Source: Acidimicrobiia bacterium
GTDB taxonomy: Bacteria > Actinomycetota > Acidimicrobiia > Spongiisociales > ZC4RG35
Assembly (NCBI GenBank): GCA_028285585.1
Contig: JANQOU010000008.1
Span: 116,298 to 180,297, forward strand
DNA: 64,000 nt
Direction of reading: 5' to 3'
The position numbers and the translations under genes are program-made. The notes under the pieces were generated by a model. The model had not been told where the DNA came from. It saw nothing but the letters and a program-made list of their open reading frames with translations, and did no database searches. Below are positions 44,908-54,448 of the stretch, piece by piece. The number at the start of each line of letters is the position of its first letter. The stretch's first letter is position 1.

Positions 44908-46971
44908 TCAGTGACGGAGCTCCGCGACGGCGTGCATTTCGACTGTCGGGAAATGGATAGTGAGCGAGCCGTCGGCTTCCGACTCGTGAGGCCGTTCGCG
45001 ACCCGACAGCGGGTCGACGACCGAAGTCACCTGGTGACCCAGCCTCACGGTGGCCTTGACGTCACTGACCGGAACAACATCGTCGATGATGACCGCCTCG
45101 CCGCGGGCCACGACCGTCGCGTAGAGGACGTGCACGAGAGTTCGAGACTGCTCAGGCTGGTGCAAGACGGTGACGCGCCCACCGGGCGGCAGATTGTGGA
45201 CGCTGATCGTTGGTTCCGGGTTGATCATCTCCACCAGACTCCAGATGAGCGAACGGTGGACCTCCGCCCCATGCCGGAGATACAACCGACCAAGGGGGTG
45301 GGCTGAAACCAAATGATCGTTGTATCGGTGTACAGCAGCAAACGAAGTCGGGTCGACAAGCGGCGGAGCATTCTGATGCGAGAAGTATTGGCCGTACGTC
45401 CGGTCAAAGAAGGCCTCATGAATCAGACCCAGAGAGTCAGCGCTCGGATGCAGCGTGTGTCGCCACCCTGGTTCGTAGTTGTAAGCGAGACCGGCACCAA
45501 GGTGCCCTAGCTCGCCACCAAAGGCAGTGAAGTCGCCGTCTGCGGTGCTGGGTTGGCTTGCCGTGATCCCGAGCAGGCTCGAAGCCAGGTCAGGCGGACA
45601 CTCCGAGAGGGCGTCACCGAGGGCCAGTATGCGCCCACCATCGGCGGCGTATCGAGCCAATGACTCATAGACATCGACACTCGTGGGGGCTGCTGCGAGC
45701 ACTACTGCTTGGTGCTCCGACGGGTCGAGGCGCGACGCCGGCACCACGACAAACTCGCGATGCTGCTCGAGAAGAGCCCGCGCCACACCCTGGTCATCGT
45801 CCTCTGAAACAGATACACAGAGCGCGAGATTGGATATTGGACGCGCTCCGTCGACGTGACCCCGCATCATCTCGACCGCTTGATAGGCAGAACCAACCAA
45901 CTCATAGGTCTGAGAATCCAGCACACCGTTCGGATGCAGCTGATCGCCCATGTTGCACCGAGCCCCGTTGGCAATCATCGCTCGGACTTCATATTCGAGC
46001 GCGCGTTGGGATTTGTATCCACCGAACTCGCCCCATGTTGTGTGGAACTTTCCACTGATCGCAAGGAGGTCGTACCCCAGCGTGTGGAAGTACCGGGCGC
46101 GCAGGGGAAGTTTGTCGTATCCACCCCATGTCGTTGGCAGGTCCTCCAAATCCAGGTGCGTGTTGAAGACGTGAAGGCCGGACGTGGCGGCGGGAGCGTG
46201 CTCATCGTTGCCATATATCCGCGTCGTGCCGTTGAATGACCCCCATCGGGATTCGCTTACGCCACCGGCGACCCGCAAGGCAGCAAGAGCGTTTGCCCAC
46301 CTTTCATTGCTGTACGCCAACGTTGCGACATCGTCGTCTCTGTCTATGCCCAGTTCAGCCATGCCGTCGCTGCAGGTCCGACAGAAACAAGGAGGGGCAA
46401 AGCAGATATCGAAGAAGAAGCCATCGGGTTCGTAGCGCTCGGCAATCTCTTCGACCTCGGCGACCATCGCATCAAGATACGGTCCCGAGGGACACAGGAA
46501 CTCCCAAGACACGATTGGCCGGGGGTCGCTTGGATCCGCGTCGGCGTCCATGTGGAAGAGCTGCGGAGCACCGTTCCGATCGAGACCAGCCCACTCAGGA
46601 TGTCTTCGCACATCTTCGGCCGACCATGCGATGGTGTAGTACGCCCCAACGATCAAGCCAGCTTCACGACAGGCCTCAACCTGCTGTCCAAACAGATCGA
46701 AGTCCAAACCCGGATGCACTTGTCCAAGCTCTGTCGGGTAGTACGACCAGCCGTGGTGACACTTTGCGAAGAGGTTGACATGATCAACGGCCGCATCCGT
46801 GAATGTGCCGGCGAACTCCGCCGCATTGAATTGGTCGCCGATACGGCCGGCCTCAGCGGGCGTGTGGAAGTCGAGGTGGATTTGCCTTTGGCCGATTCTC
46901 GGACGCGTGGTGAGCGCCAGACCATCCACACTCCAGGTACCGGAATCTGCTTGGGGGTGAGATGGTGTCAT
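44908..46971 (-). CDS. Putative glycoside hydrolase (GHL6 / beta-galactosidase-trimerisation-like)
   Basis: N-terminal TIM-barrel-like block QIHLDFHT...NLFAKCHHGWSYYPT...FFFDICF as I remember for the 'hypothetical glycosyl hydrolase 6' family. Confidence 0.55.
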   Translation of the reverse strand: MTPSHPQADSGTWSVDGLALTTRPRIGQRQIHLDFHTPAEAGRIGDQFNAAEFAGTFTDAAVDHVNLFAKCHHGWSYYPTELGQVHPGLDFDLFGQQVEACREAGLIVGAYYTIAWSAEDVRRHPEWAGLDRNGAPQLFHMDADADPSDPRPIVSWEFLCPSGPYLDAMVAEVEEIAERYEPDGFFFDICFAPPCFCRTCSDGMAELGIDRDDDVATLAYSNERWANALAALRVAGGVSESRWGSFNGTTRIYGNDEHAPAATSGLHVFNTHLDLEDLPTTWGGYDKLPLRARYFHTLGYDLLAISGKFHTTWGEFGGYKSQRALEYEVRAMIANGARCNMGDQLHPNGVLDSQTYELVGSAYQAVEMMRGHVDGARPISNLALCVSVSEDDDQGVARALLEQHREFVVVPASRLDPSEHQAVVLAAAPTSVDVYESLARYAADGGRILALGDALSECPPDLASSLLGITASQPSTADGDFTAFGGELGHLGAGLAYNYEPGWRHTLHPSADSLGLIHEAFFDRTYGQYFSHQNAPPLVDPTSFAAVHRYNDHLVSAHPLGRLYLRHGAEVHRSLIWSLVEMINPEPTISVHNLPPGGRVTVLHQPEQSRTLVHVLYATVVARGEAVIIDDVVPVSDVKATVRLGHQVTSVVDPLSGRERPHESEADGSLTIHFPTVEMHAVAELRH

Positions 46972-46996
46972 CGGCGGGTCGCTCCATAGCTATCGG

Positions 46997-47008
46997 GAAA
47001 TCGATTTC
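46997..47008. promoter_or_regulatory. LacI-type operator-like perfect palindrome GAAATCGATTTC
   Basis: 26 nt upstream of the hydrolase ATG. Confidence 0.55.
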
Positions 47009-47211
47009 ACACAATAGGACAGAATCGCGAAGGCTCCCAACCGCGAGACTTCGTCCAAACAAAGTCTGGACCGTTGAACCGGACCATCAAAGGCTGACGT
47101 CTATGATCCCTGCTTCGATTGCTACGCCATACCCTGCCAGACCGACCAGGACTTTCATGATGGGGCCCAGGCCTGGCAGAATTCTGCGGAACCTCGACTA
47201 TTGATACGCAA

Positions 47212-48201
47212 ATGACGACCATCCGCGATGTCGCAGCCCACGCAAACGTCTCACCGGCCACGGTCTCGAGAGTCATCAACGGGAGCAACGAGGTCAACCC
47301 GTCACTAGCCGCTCGAGTCTGGGACTCGGTGGCAGTCCTCGACTATCGGCCAAGTCGACTGGCCCGGTCCCTCAGATCGCAGAGATCCTTGGTGTGGGGT
47401 CTCATCATTTCGGACATCCGAAACCCGTTTTTCACCGACATGGCAAGGGGCGTCGAAGATGCAGCCGCCGACATGGGCTACTCGGTCGTTCTGTGCAACG
47501 CCGACGAGGACACCGCTAAGGAGCAGCGCTACATCGAGTTGATTCTCGATGAGCGAATGGCTGGTTGCATCATCACACCCGCGCACCTCGTTGATTCCAG
47601 CGTCCAACCATTGCTTGATGCCGACATACCCGTTGTGGCTGTTGACAGGGAGATCTCTGGCACCGCCACCGACCTGGTCCGGTTGGACAACCGGGAGGCC
47701 GCTGCGCACGCGACTCGGCACCTCCTCGAGCAGGGTTACGTGCGCGTGGCTTGCATTTCAGGACCTAAATCAACCACTACGGGCACAGACAGGGCCGCCG
47801 GATATCTCGAGGCACTCGAGGGTCGCGAGGCCCTCCTTCAATACGCAGACTTCAGGGTCGAAGGTGGATATCGAGCTGCGCAGTCCCTCCTCCGTCGAGC
47901 AGAGCCGCCCGACGCGATCGTTGTTGGCAACAACCTCATGACGATCGGGGCTCTACGAGCGATCTCGGACACTGGCCGGTCAACTCGAGACTTCGGCCTC
48001 ATAAGTTTCGACGAGCTGGCGTGGGCCGACCTGGTCGATCCCGCTCTGAGCACGATAGGCCAGCCAACATACGAAATTGGCAAGGCTGCGGCTGGCCTGC
48101 TGATGAAACGGATTCAGGGCTCGACTACTCCCCCCGAGATCCTCACGCTGGAGTCGGAAATGCACGTTCGAGAGTCCAGCATCAGGCGGCACCGCAGCTA
48201 A
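47212..48201 (+). CDS. LacI-family transcriptional regulator
   Basis: MTTIRDVAAHANVSPATVSRVING HTH and periplasmic-binding-like core. Confidence 0.9.
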   Translation: MTTIRDVAAHANVSPATVSRVINGSNEVNPSLAARVWDSVAVLDYRPSRLARSLRSQRSLVWGLIISDIRNPFFTDMARGVEDAAADMGYSVVLCNADEDTAKEQRYIELILDERMAGCIITPAHLVDSSVQPLLDADIPVVAVDREISGTATDLVRLDNREAAAHATRHLLEQGYVRVACISGPKSTTTGTDRAAGYLEALEGREALLQYADFRVEGGYRAAQSLLRRAEPPDAIVVGNNLMTIGALRAISDTGRSTRDFGLISFDELAWADLVDPALSTIGQPTYEIGKAAAGLLMKRIQGSTTPPEILTLESEMHVRESSIRRHRS

Positions 48202-48279
48202 AACTCTCGTCGAACGGTTCACCTGACCTGTCGCAGCAATCTCCATCGTTTGACACATCGAGCACGCTCGACGTAGCCT

Positions 48280-48291
48280 GAAACCGATTTC
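48280..48291. promoter_or_regulatory. LacI-type operator-like site GAAACCGATTTC
   Basis: Upstream of the isomerase-like gene. Confidence 0.5.
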
Positions 48292-48357
48292 TCAGATGCG
48301 GAGGATTAGATCCTGAACACCCCAGACCTTCCCCCAAAGACGAGGAATGTCCATCTC

Positions 48358-49938
48358 GTGGCCAGCGGCGACGCTCGAGAACCTGCGAACATTGCCGGCT
48401 GGCCTGCCCAACAGCGTCTGGAGGCTGCCATCACCAAGGCGGCAGCTGAGCGCGGGGTCATCGTGAAGCGGGCAACCGAGCCGGACATTGCGCGCGGACA
48501 CGGATTCATTTCGAGCCAGCGAGAAGGTCTGGACCTCTTTGCAAGGATCGATCCCGACGACGCCATAATCATGGCGGAGGCCATCTGGCAGTTCAGTCAC
48601 CATGTCCACGGAGGCCTACTCCATCACAAGGGACCGGTGCTGACAGTGGCAAACTGGAGCGGGCAGTGGCCGGGGCTCGTTGGCCTGCTCAACCTCAATG
48701 CATCCCTAGCCAAGTCGGGGCGCGAGTATTCGACCCTCTGGAGCGAGAACTTCGACGATGACTTCTTTCTCAGCGGCTTTCAAGAGTGGCTCGAAACCGG
48801 CACAATCACTCACGACTCGTCGCACGTGCGACCTTTCGACCCTGATCAAGCAAAGGGAAAGGGTGGCACCGTCGGACGTGAAGCCGGAGAAAGCCTCCTC
48901 CGCTCGAAGTCGATCATCGGTGTCCTCGACGAAGGCTGCATGGGAATGCACAACGCCATCCTCGACGATCACTTCCTGCACGAAATCGGCATCTTCAAGG
49001 AGCGGCTGAGTCAAACGGCCTTGATCGCAGAGATGGAGCGTGTGGCCGACGAAGATGCGACGGCGGCAAGAGTGTGGCTCGAGGACCGTGAGTTTGAGTT
49101 CGTCACCGGTGAGGATCCGGAGACATCGCTGACCGACGAGCAGATTCACGCGCAATTGAAGATGTACATTGCGACCGGGCGCATTGCCGACCGCTACAGC
49201 TGCGACGCCATAGGAATCCAATACCAACTCGGCATGATCGATGTGGCTCCAGCCTCAGATCTCGCCGAGGGCCTCCTCAACAACAGCGAACGGCCGCCAA
49301 TCCTCAGAGTGTCGGACGGCGAGGAGATACTCCCCGGACGCCCTATCCCCCACTTCAACGAGGTCGATGAGGGCATTGCAGTAGATCTAGTGGCCACAAG
49401 CAGGATCTGGCCCGCTCTCGGGCTCGATCCGTCGGCGACACTTCACGACGTGCGTTGGGGCGAGGACTTCGATCTGCCCGGAGGAACAGAATTCGTGTGG
49501 ACGTTCATGATCTCCGGATCCGTACCGGCATCACACATCGACGGGGGGTACGCCTCAGCGAAGTCATACCGCCAGCCACCTATGTATTTTCGGTCGGGCG
49601 GGGGGACACTCAGCGGAGTCTGCCGTCCTGGGCCGGTCGTTTGGAGCCGGGTGTATCAGCTCCCCGACGGACTCCATGCCGACATTGGACTTGCAACTGC
49701 CGTTGAGCTCCCAGAAGCCGAAACGGAGAGAAGGCTGAAAGAGACCACACCTGAGTGGCCGATCATGCACGCCACGCTTCACGGCGTGTCGCGAGATCAG
49801 TTCATGGCGCGGCACAAGTCCAATCATGTGACGGTCGCCTACGCAGACTCACAGGAGGCAGCCAAGACAGCGCTAGAGGCCAAGGCGGCTTTCTTCGACC
49901 GGATCGGCATCACAGTTCACCTCTGTGGAATAACCTGA
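48358..49938 (+). CDS. L-fucose/L-arabinose isomerase-family-like protein
   Basis: LVASGDAREPAN...ANWSGQWPGLVGLLNLNASL resemble that family. The frame is open back to 48310 and GGAGGA at 48300-48305 sits 7 nt before CTG 48313, so the true start may be non-canonical and upstream. Confidence 0.55.
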   Translation: MASGDAREPANIAGWPAQQRLEAAITKAAAERGVIVKRATEPDIARGHGFISSQREGLDLFARIDPDDAIIMAEAIWQFSHHVHGGLLHHKGPVLTVANWSGQWPGLVGLLNLNASLAKSGREYSTLWSENFDDDFFLSGFQEWLETGTITHDSSHVRPFDPDQAKGKGGTVGREAGESLLRSKSIIGVLDEGCMGMHNAILDDHFLHEIGIFKERLSQTALIAEMERVADEDATAARVWLEDREFEFVTGEDPETSLTDEQIHAQLKMYIATGRIADRYSCDAIGIQYQLGMIDVAPASDLAEGLLNNSERPPILRVSDGEEILPGRPIPHFNEVDEGIAVDLVATSRIWPALGLDPSATLHDVRWGEDFDLPGGTEFVWTFMISGSVPASHIDGGYASAKSYRQPPMYFRSGGGTLSGVCRPGPVVWSRVYQLPDGLHADIGLATAVELPEAETERRLKETTPEWPIMHATLHGVSRDQFMARHKSNHVTVAYADSQEAAKTALEAKAAFFDRIGITVHLCGIT

Positions 49939-50014
49939 CCACTAGCGGCCACGGAAAGGTGTGGTCGCTGTGCGCTCGAGTTCTCGCTCAAAACCCTCTT
50001 GACTCTCACGTAGC

Positions 50015-50530
50015 GTGAGGGCATACGGTGTCGGCATGATCGAAGTGACCACACCTACGAGCAGCCAGGAGAATCCTGAGCTGCTCGGACAGCACGAGGG
50101 ATGGGACGTGTACCCCATGCCTGTCTTCGTGACCATCAACACCCCCGACGTCTCTCGCATGGCCAGCTGGTTCCGTGACGCGCTCGGATTCGGCGTCATG
50201 TTCGTCGGGCCGGACTCCGGCGACGGCCCGACAATGGTCCACATGCGACGCATGAAGTACCAGGACGTCCTCATTGCCGCGGGCCTCGAGCACAACATCG
50301 ACCGAGACAGGTCGCTCACAGTCACCTTTCAGGCCATGACGGACACCGAAGTCGACCTCTTGGCTGACCGGGCCGCCGGCCACGGCGATGTCGAAGGCCC
50401 GTACGACACCCCTTGGAACACCCGAGAGGTGACAATGATCGACCCCGATGGGCACCATTTTGTCTTCACTGGCCGGCGCACCGATGCGCCTGTGGGGAGT
50501 CTCGACGAAGCGACCGGGATCGACCAGTGA
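50015..50530 (+). CDS. VOC (glyoxalase/bleomycin-resistance) family protein
   Basis: 171 aa, paired beta-alpha-beta-beta-beta module character (WFRDALGFGVMF...IDPDGHHFVF). Confidence 0.7.
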   Translation: MRAYGVGMIEVTTPTSSQENPELLGQHEGWDVYPMPVFVTINTPDVSRMASWFRDALGFGVMFVGPDSGDGPTMVHMRRMKYQDVLIAAGLEHNIDRDRSLTVTFQAMTDTEVDLLADRAAGHGDVEGPYDTPWNTREVTMIDPDGHHFVFTGRRTDAPVGSLDEATGIDQ

Positions 50531-51288
50531 CCCGGCTGCGAACCGTCGGTGAAGTGGCAGCCTTGGCCGGCACCACCGTCCGAGCATTGCACCACTACGA
50601 CGAGATCGGTCTCCTGGAGCCCTCTGTGCGTAGCGCCACCGGATACCGCCTCTACGCCGAGACTGACATCGTCCGACTCCACTCAATCATCCACTGGCGG
50701 TCGCTCGGGATCGGGTTGGAGGAGATCGCGGACCTGATCGACGCTCCGGATGTCGACCTCGCCGTCGGGCTCAAACGCCAGCTCGAGCGGATGAGAGACC
50801 ACGCCAAAGACCTGGAAACAATGATCGAAGCCGTCGAAGCAACCATCGCCTCGCTGGAGAAGGGAGATGACATGACCGATGATGCCGTCCACAGCATGTT
50901 CAACGGATTCGACCCAAGTCGTCACGACGAGGAGGCCGAACAGAAGTGGGGCGACACTTCGGCGTACCATGAGTCTCAGCGACGAGTGGCGAGCTACAAC
51001 GCAGACGATTGGCAGCGTTTTGCAGACGAGAACGGTGCCAACATCGAAGAGTTCGTGGCTCTGATGAGGGATGGTGTCGACCCCGGCGACGAGGCCGCAG
51101 CCGAAGCGGCCAGAACACACGGCGAGCTCATCGATCGCTGGTTCTACCCGCTCCAACCTGAAACCCACCTTGGCCTTGCGGATGCCTACGTCGCCGACCC
51201 TCGATTCGAGTCCACCTACGAAGCCATTGCACCCGGGCTGGCCCGGTACATCAGCAATGCGATACAAGCTCTCCACACTGCCGACTAA
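50527..51288 (+). CDS. MerR-family regulator with TipAS-like C-terminal domain
   Basis: VGEVAALAGTTVRALHHYDEIGLL HTH. GTG 50527 overlaps VOC stop (GTGA); the longer ORF-track start overlaps the VOC gene. Confidence 0.85.
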   Translation: MTRLRTVGEVAALAGTTVRALHHYDEIGLLEPSVRSATGYRLYAETDIVRLHSIIHWRSLGIGLEEIADLIDAPDVDLAVGLKRQLERMRDHAKDLETMIEAVEATIASLEKGDDMTDDAVHSMFNGFDPSRHDEEAEQKWGDTSAYHESQRRVASYNADDWQRFADENGANIEEFVALMRDGVDPGDEAAAEAARTHGELIDRWFYPLQPETHLGLADAYVADPRFESTYEAIAPGLARYISNAIQALHTAD

Positions 51289-51304
51289 TGCCAGACTTCA
51301 CTTC

Positions 51305-51616
51305 ATGACAGCTGACATCGAGATCCGTGGTCTTGGACCGACGACGACTCAGTCAGGGCCGGTGGCTGCGGTTCTCGACAGTGGCCAGCTACCCGCTGAC
51401 ACCACACATGTGACCGTCGTCGCCACCGACGGCTACCGGGCTTCAATACCGCTAGAGGTTCTTCGAGACGGCGGAGTGTTGTCTGTAGAAGACGACGCCT
51501 GGAGGCTCAAGGTCGTCGACGGCAACACCTTGTGCTGGAACGTCAAAGACGTCATCCGACTCGAGCCGACACACGGGAAAGCCGAAGACGACATCCCGGA
51601 GAACCCGAGTCACTAA
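51305..51616 (+). CDS. Small hypothetical protein (possible molybdopterin-oxidoreductase-like fragment)
   Basis: 103 aa from ATG 51305. VVATDGYRASIPL...LCWNVKDVIRLE faintly recalls the sulfite-oxidase-fold Mo domain. Confidence 0.4.
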   Translation: MTADIEIRGLGPTTTQSGPVAAVLDSGQLPADTTHVTVVATDGYRASIPLEVLRDGGVLSVEDDAWRLKVVDGNTLCWNVKDVIRLEPTHGKAEDDIPENPSH

Positions 51617-51691
51617 CCGTCCTCTCTGACATCGCACGTCCCGACCAGCTGGGCTTTTGGGTTCAGATCGGCGAGGCGGTAGAAGAGGACC

Positions 51692-52177
51692 ATGAAGAAC
51701 CGGATGCACCCACGCACAGCTGTGGTGACGGCAATAGCAGCTCTTCTTGTCCTCGCCGCATGCACTCCCGCAAAGACATCAGACTTACCGGAGATCACGG
51801 ACGCCAGGGTGGGCCAGCCGACAGGCCCGAACGCTGCCCTCTATCTCACCGCCCGTGGCTACGGCAAGGCCGACACTCTCATCTCGGCGGCCACCGACGC
51901 CGCTGAGACCGCGGAGATCCACCAGACGACCTCAAACGACGACGGGACAATGGGTATGCAACCCGTGGGCTCGTTGGAGCTGCCTGCAGACGGTGAACTT
52001 GTCCTCGAACCAGGCGGCTACCACATCATGCTGCTCGGTGCGGACCGTCAAGACGTCGGAGCCATCGTCAAAGTCACTCTCACATGGAGCCAAGCCGGTG
52101 AGCAGACGATTGAGGCGGTGGTTGTCGACCCGTCGGAAACCATGGGAGACATGGATCACTCACACGCGGATCACTGA
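51692..52177 (+). CDS. Copper chaperone PCu(A)C lipoprotein
   Basis: Lipobox LAACT. Met/His motif region (TMGMQPV...GGYHIMLLG) typical of PCuAC/DUF461. Confidence 0.85.
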   Translation: MKNRMHPRTAVVTAIAALLVLAACTPAKTSDLPEITDARVGQPTGPNAALYLTARGYGKADTLISAATDAAETAEIHQTTSNDDGTMGMQPVGSLELPADGELVLEPGGYHIMLLGADRQDVGAIVKVTLTWSQAGEQTIEAVVVDPSETMGDMDHSHADH

Positions 52178-52217
52178 GACATAGAGACGGACCAACCTTG
52201 GGGCTGATCCGTGCTGA

Positions 52218-52670
52218 CTAGCTGGACTCTCTCCAGTCAGGACGATCCGGCGCGTCAGGCTCCCAGGCGCGGATGAAGGTCGTGACCGCCTTGATCTGCT
52301 CCGACGTCAACGGGCCGCCGAAGTCGAGCGAGTAGGCGTTCATCTGGCTTCCCGGCACACCGACTGCGATCAAGCCTTGGATCTGGTCGTCGGTGGCCAG
52401 CTGAAGAAACTGCATCGAGTTGAGAGCTGGAGCGAGCCCGCCCTCACCGTTCAGGCCGTGGCAAGAAGCGCAGTTGAACTCCCAGATCGATGAGCCCTGC
52501 TCCTGTAGCGACTCGAGTTGCAACTCACGGGACTCTGCCCTCGCGCTCGGCTCGAACCATCGGTAGAAGGGGAAGACCAGGGCCATCAGAAGCATGAGGA
52601 CCAACCCGACGACCATGACCCTGTTGGTGGACCGGTTGAGCTCTTCGTCGGTCTGGTAGTCGTAACCCAT
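52218..52670 (-). CDS. Membrane-anchored monohaem cytochrome c
   Basis: N-terminal TM, CASCH haem site, distal Met region (GSQMNAY). ATG 52670 overlaps Rieske stop by 1 nt. Confidence 0.85.
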   Translation of the reverse strand: MGYDYQTDEELNRSTNRVMVVGLVLMLLMALVFPFYRWFEPSARAESRELQLESLQEQGSSIWEFNCASCHGLNGEGGLAPALNSMQFLQLATDDQIQGLIAVGVPGSQMNAYSLDFGGPLTSEQIKAVTTFIRAWEPDAPDRPDWRESS

Positions 52671-53185
52671 CAGGCTTCGTGCCCCGAGTCTGTGCAAGAC
52701 GGCCCGGTGGCCGGCTCGTCGGCAGTGATGACACCAGGGGCAGGTCCTTCGATAACCGCTCCAGTGTCGATGTAGATCAAACCGTCCTCTTCGCCGATCT
52801 CAATCGGGTATTCGTCCATCCCCCTCGGTGCCGGCCCGGACCGGTAGTCGCCGGCCCTGTTGAACGTGGTGCCATGACAAGGACACTCGAATTGGCTCGA
52901 TGTGTTGCAGAAGGGAACGCGACACCCGAGATGGGTGCATTTCTCTGAGAGGGCTTTGACCTGACCGTCGATCCGAACCAGGTAGGCGCGGGCTTGGGGC
53001 ACCTCTATCGCACCAGTCTCAGGGACCGCTTCGGGCGGCACCGTCCTCACCTTGCCGCCGAAACCCGATGCTTCGAGCGGTTGGAGAAGGTCCCACGACG
53101 TCCAGATTCCGGCGGCTCCGATGAGAGTGATGCCCGCCTTCCACATGCGGGTCAGGAAGTCACGCCGGTTCAACATGTCACTCAT
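52670..53185 (-). CDS. Rieske [2Fe-2S] subunit with Tat signal
   Basis: RRDFLTRMW Tat motif; CTHLGC...CPCHG cluster boxes. Confidence 0.9.
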   Translation of the reverse strand: MSDMLNRRDFLTRMWKAGITLIGAAGIWTSWDLLQPLEASGFGGKVRTVPPEAVPETGAIEVPQARAYLVRIDGQVKALSEKCTHLGCRVPFCNTSSQFECPCHGTTFNRAGDYRSGPAPRGMDEYPIEIGEEDGLIYIDTGAVIEGPAPGVITADEPATGPSCTDSGHEA

Positions 53186-53727
53186 AGCTCACCGTGCCAT
53201 TCCTCCCAGGGCCAGACCCAGGCCCAGTTGGGACCTCGGAAAGCGAATCCAATGATGGTCAAGACAATCCAGAGGACCATGAAGGCGGTGAAGGTGTACA
53301 CGGCCACCTTTCGGTACTTCGGGTCGTGGAACGCCGTTCGATCGATGTACGGGAGGGCGACGAGCCCGATGATGATGGCTCCGGGTACCAAGACCCCCGC
53401 CACCAGGGGGTGGAAGTGGGCGAGCAGCTCTTGGAGCGCGACGAAGTACCAGGGCGCCTTCTCGGGGTTCGGCGTCACCGTCGGGTTGGCAATCTCCTTG
53501 AGAGGAGCGTCGAAAAGGACCGCCAGCACAAGCACGAGCAACAAAACGGCCAGAGCGGCGACGGCGTGCCGGACGAGCAGATGGGGCCAGACCATTGCCA
53601 TCTCGTCATCGGCCGGCCTCTTCTCCTCGCCCGCCGCAGGCTTGCCCGGCACCACACCGAGAACTCTCTGGCCTTTGATCACCTTTGGATCCCCCGATCC
53701 AATTGTCACTGGCTGCTGGTCACTCAT
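53182..53727 (-). CDS. Cytochrome b C-terminal part (b6f subunit IV-like)
   Basis: PEKAPWYFVALQELL (PEWY-type motif), 3 TM. Confidence 0.85.
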   Translation of the reverse strand: MSDQQPVTIGSGDPKVIKGQRVLGVVPGKPAAGEEKRPADDEMAMVWPHLLVRHAVAALAVLLLVLVLAVLFDAPLKEIANPTVTPNPEKAPWYFVALQELLAHFHPLVAGVLVPGAIIIGLVALPYIDRTAFHDPKYRKVAVYTFTAFMVLWIVLTIIGFAFRGPNWAWVWPWEEWHGEL

Positions 53728-54448
53728 CGGGTGATCCTTCGCTGGTCAGCATCGAGTCTTTCCTCCATCTCCAAAGATGAACAGCGAGCGTGAGTACAAC
53801 GGCCGCCGGGAGCACGGCGACGTGCAAGACGTAGAAGCGGATGAGGGTCGACGAGCTGACTGTCGTGCCTCCGACCAGAATCTCCTGCACGGTGTCGCCG
53901 ATGTAGGGGACGTACCCGGCCATCGAGGTCCCGACAGTGATCGCCCAGTACGCCAGCTGATCCCAAGGAAGCAGGTAGCCGGTGAACGACAACAGGAGGG
54001 TGAGCACCAGCAGAACCACGCCAATGACCCAGTTGAACTCCTTTGGCGACTTGTAGGCACCGCGATAGAAGACCCTGGCCATGTGTGCCGCCACCGCGAT
54101 GACCATCAGGTGGGCCGACCACCGATGGACGTTCCTCACGTATTGACCGAACGCCACGTCCGTCTGGATCGTCTGTATGTCGGTGTAGGCCTGGGCCGGG
54201 GACGGCACATAGAAGAACATGAGGTAGATGCCTGAGGCGATCAGCGACCCGAACAGCACGGCTGAGGCCACACCGAGATACCACGAGTACCGGAACCCGA
54301 TCTCCCTCTTGGGGACTTTCACCGGGTAGATGTGGAGGAAGAAGTTCGACCAGTGCCCAGCTGCTCGATCGCGCGGCGTCTTCCGATCCGGGTTGCGGAC
54401 TATCGACTTGCCGACAGTCGACTTCTTGAAGCGATCGATAATTGTCAT
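53720..54448 (-). CDS. Cytochrome b N-terminal part (b6-like, dihaem)
   Basis: Four-helix core with His pairs (RNVHRWSAHLMVIAVAAHMARVF...). ATG 54448 overlaps upstream TGA (ATGA). Confidence 0.85.
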   Translation of the reverse strand: MTIIDRFKKSTVGKSIVRNPDRKTPRDRAAGHWSNFFLHIYPVKVPKREIGFRYSWYLGVASAVLFGSLIASGIYLMFFYVPSPAQAYTDIQTIQTDVAFGQYVRNVHRWSAHLMVIAVAAHMARVFYRGAYKSPKEFNWVIGVVLLVLTLLLSFTGYLLPWDQLAYWAITVGTSMAGYVPYIGDTVQEILVGGTTVSSSTLIRFYVLHVAVLPAAVVLTLAVHLWRWRKDSMLTSEGSPDE

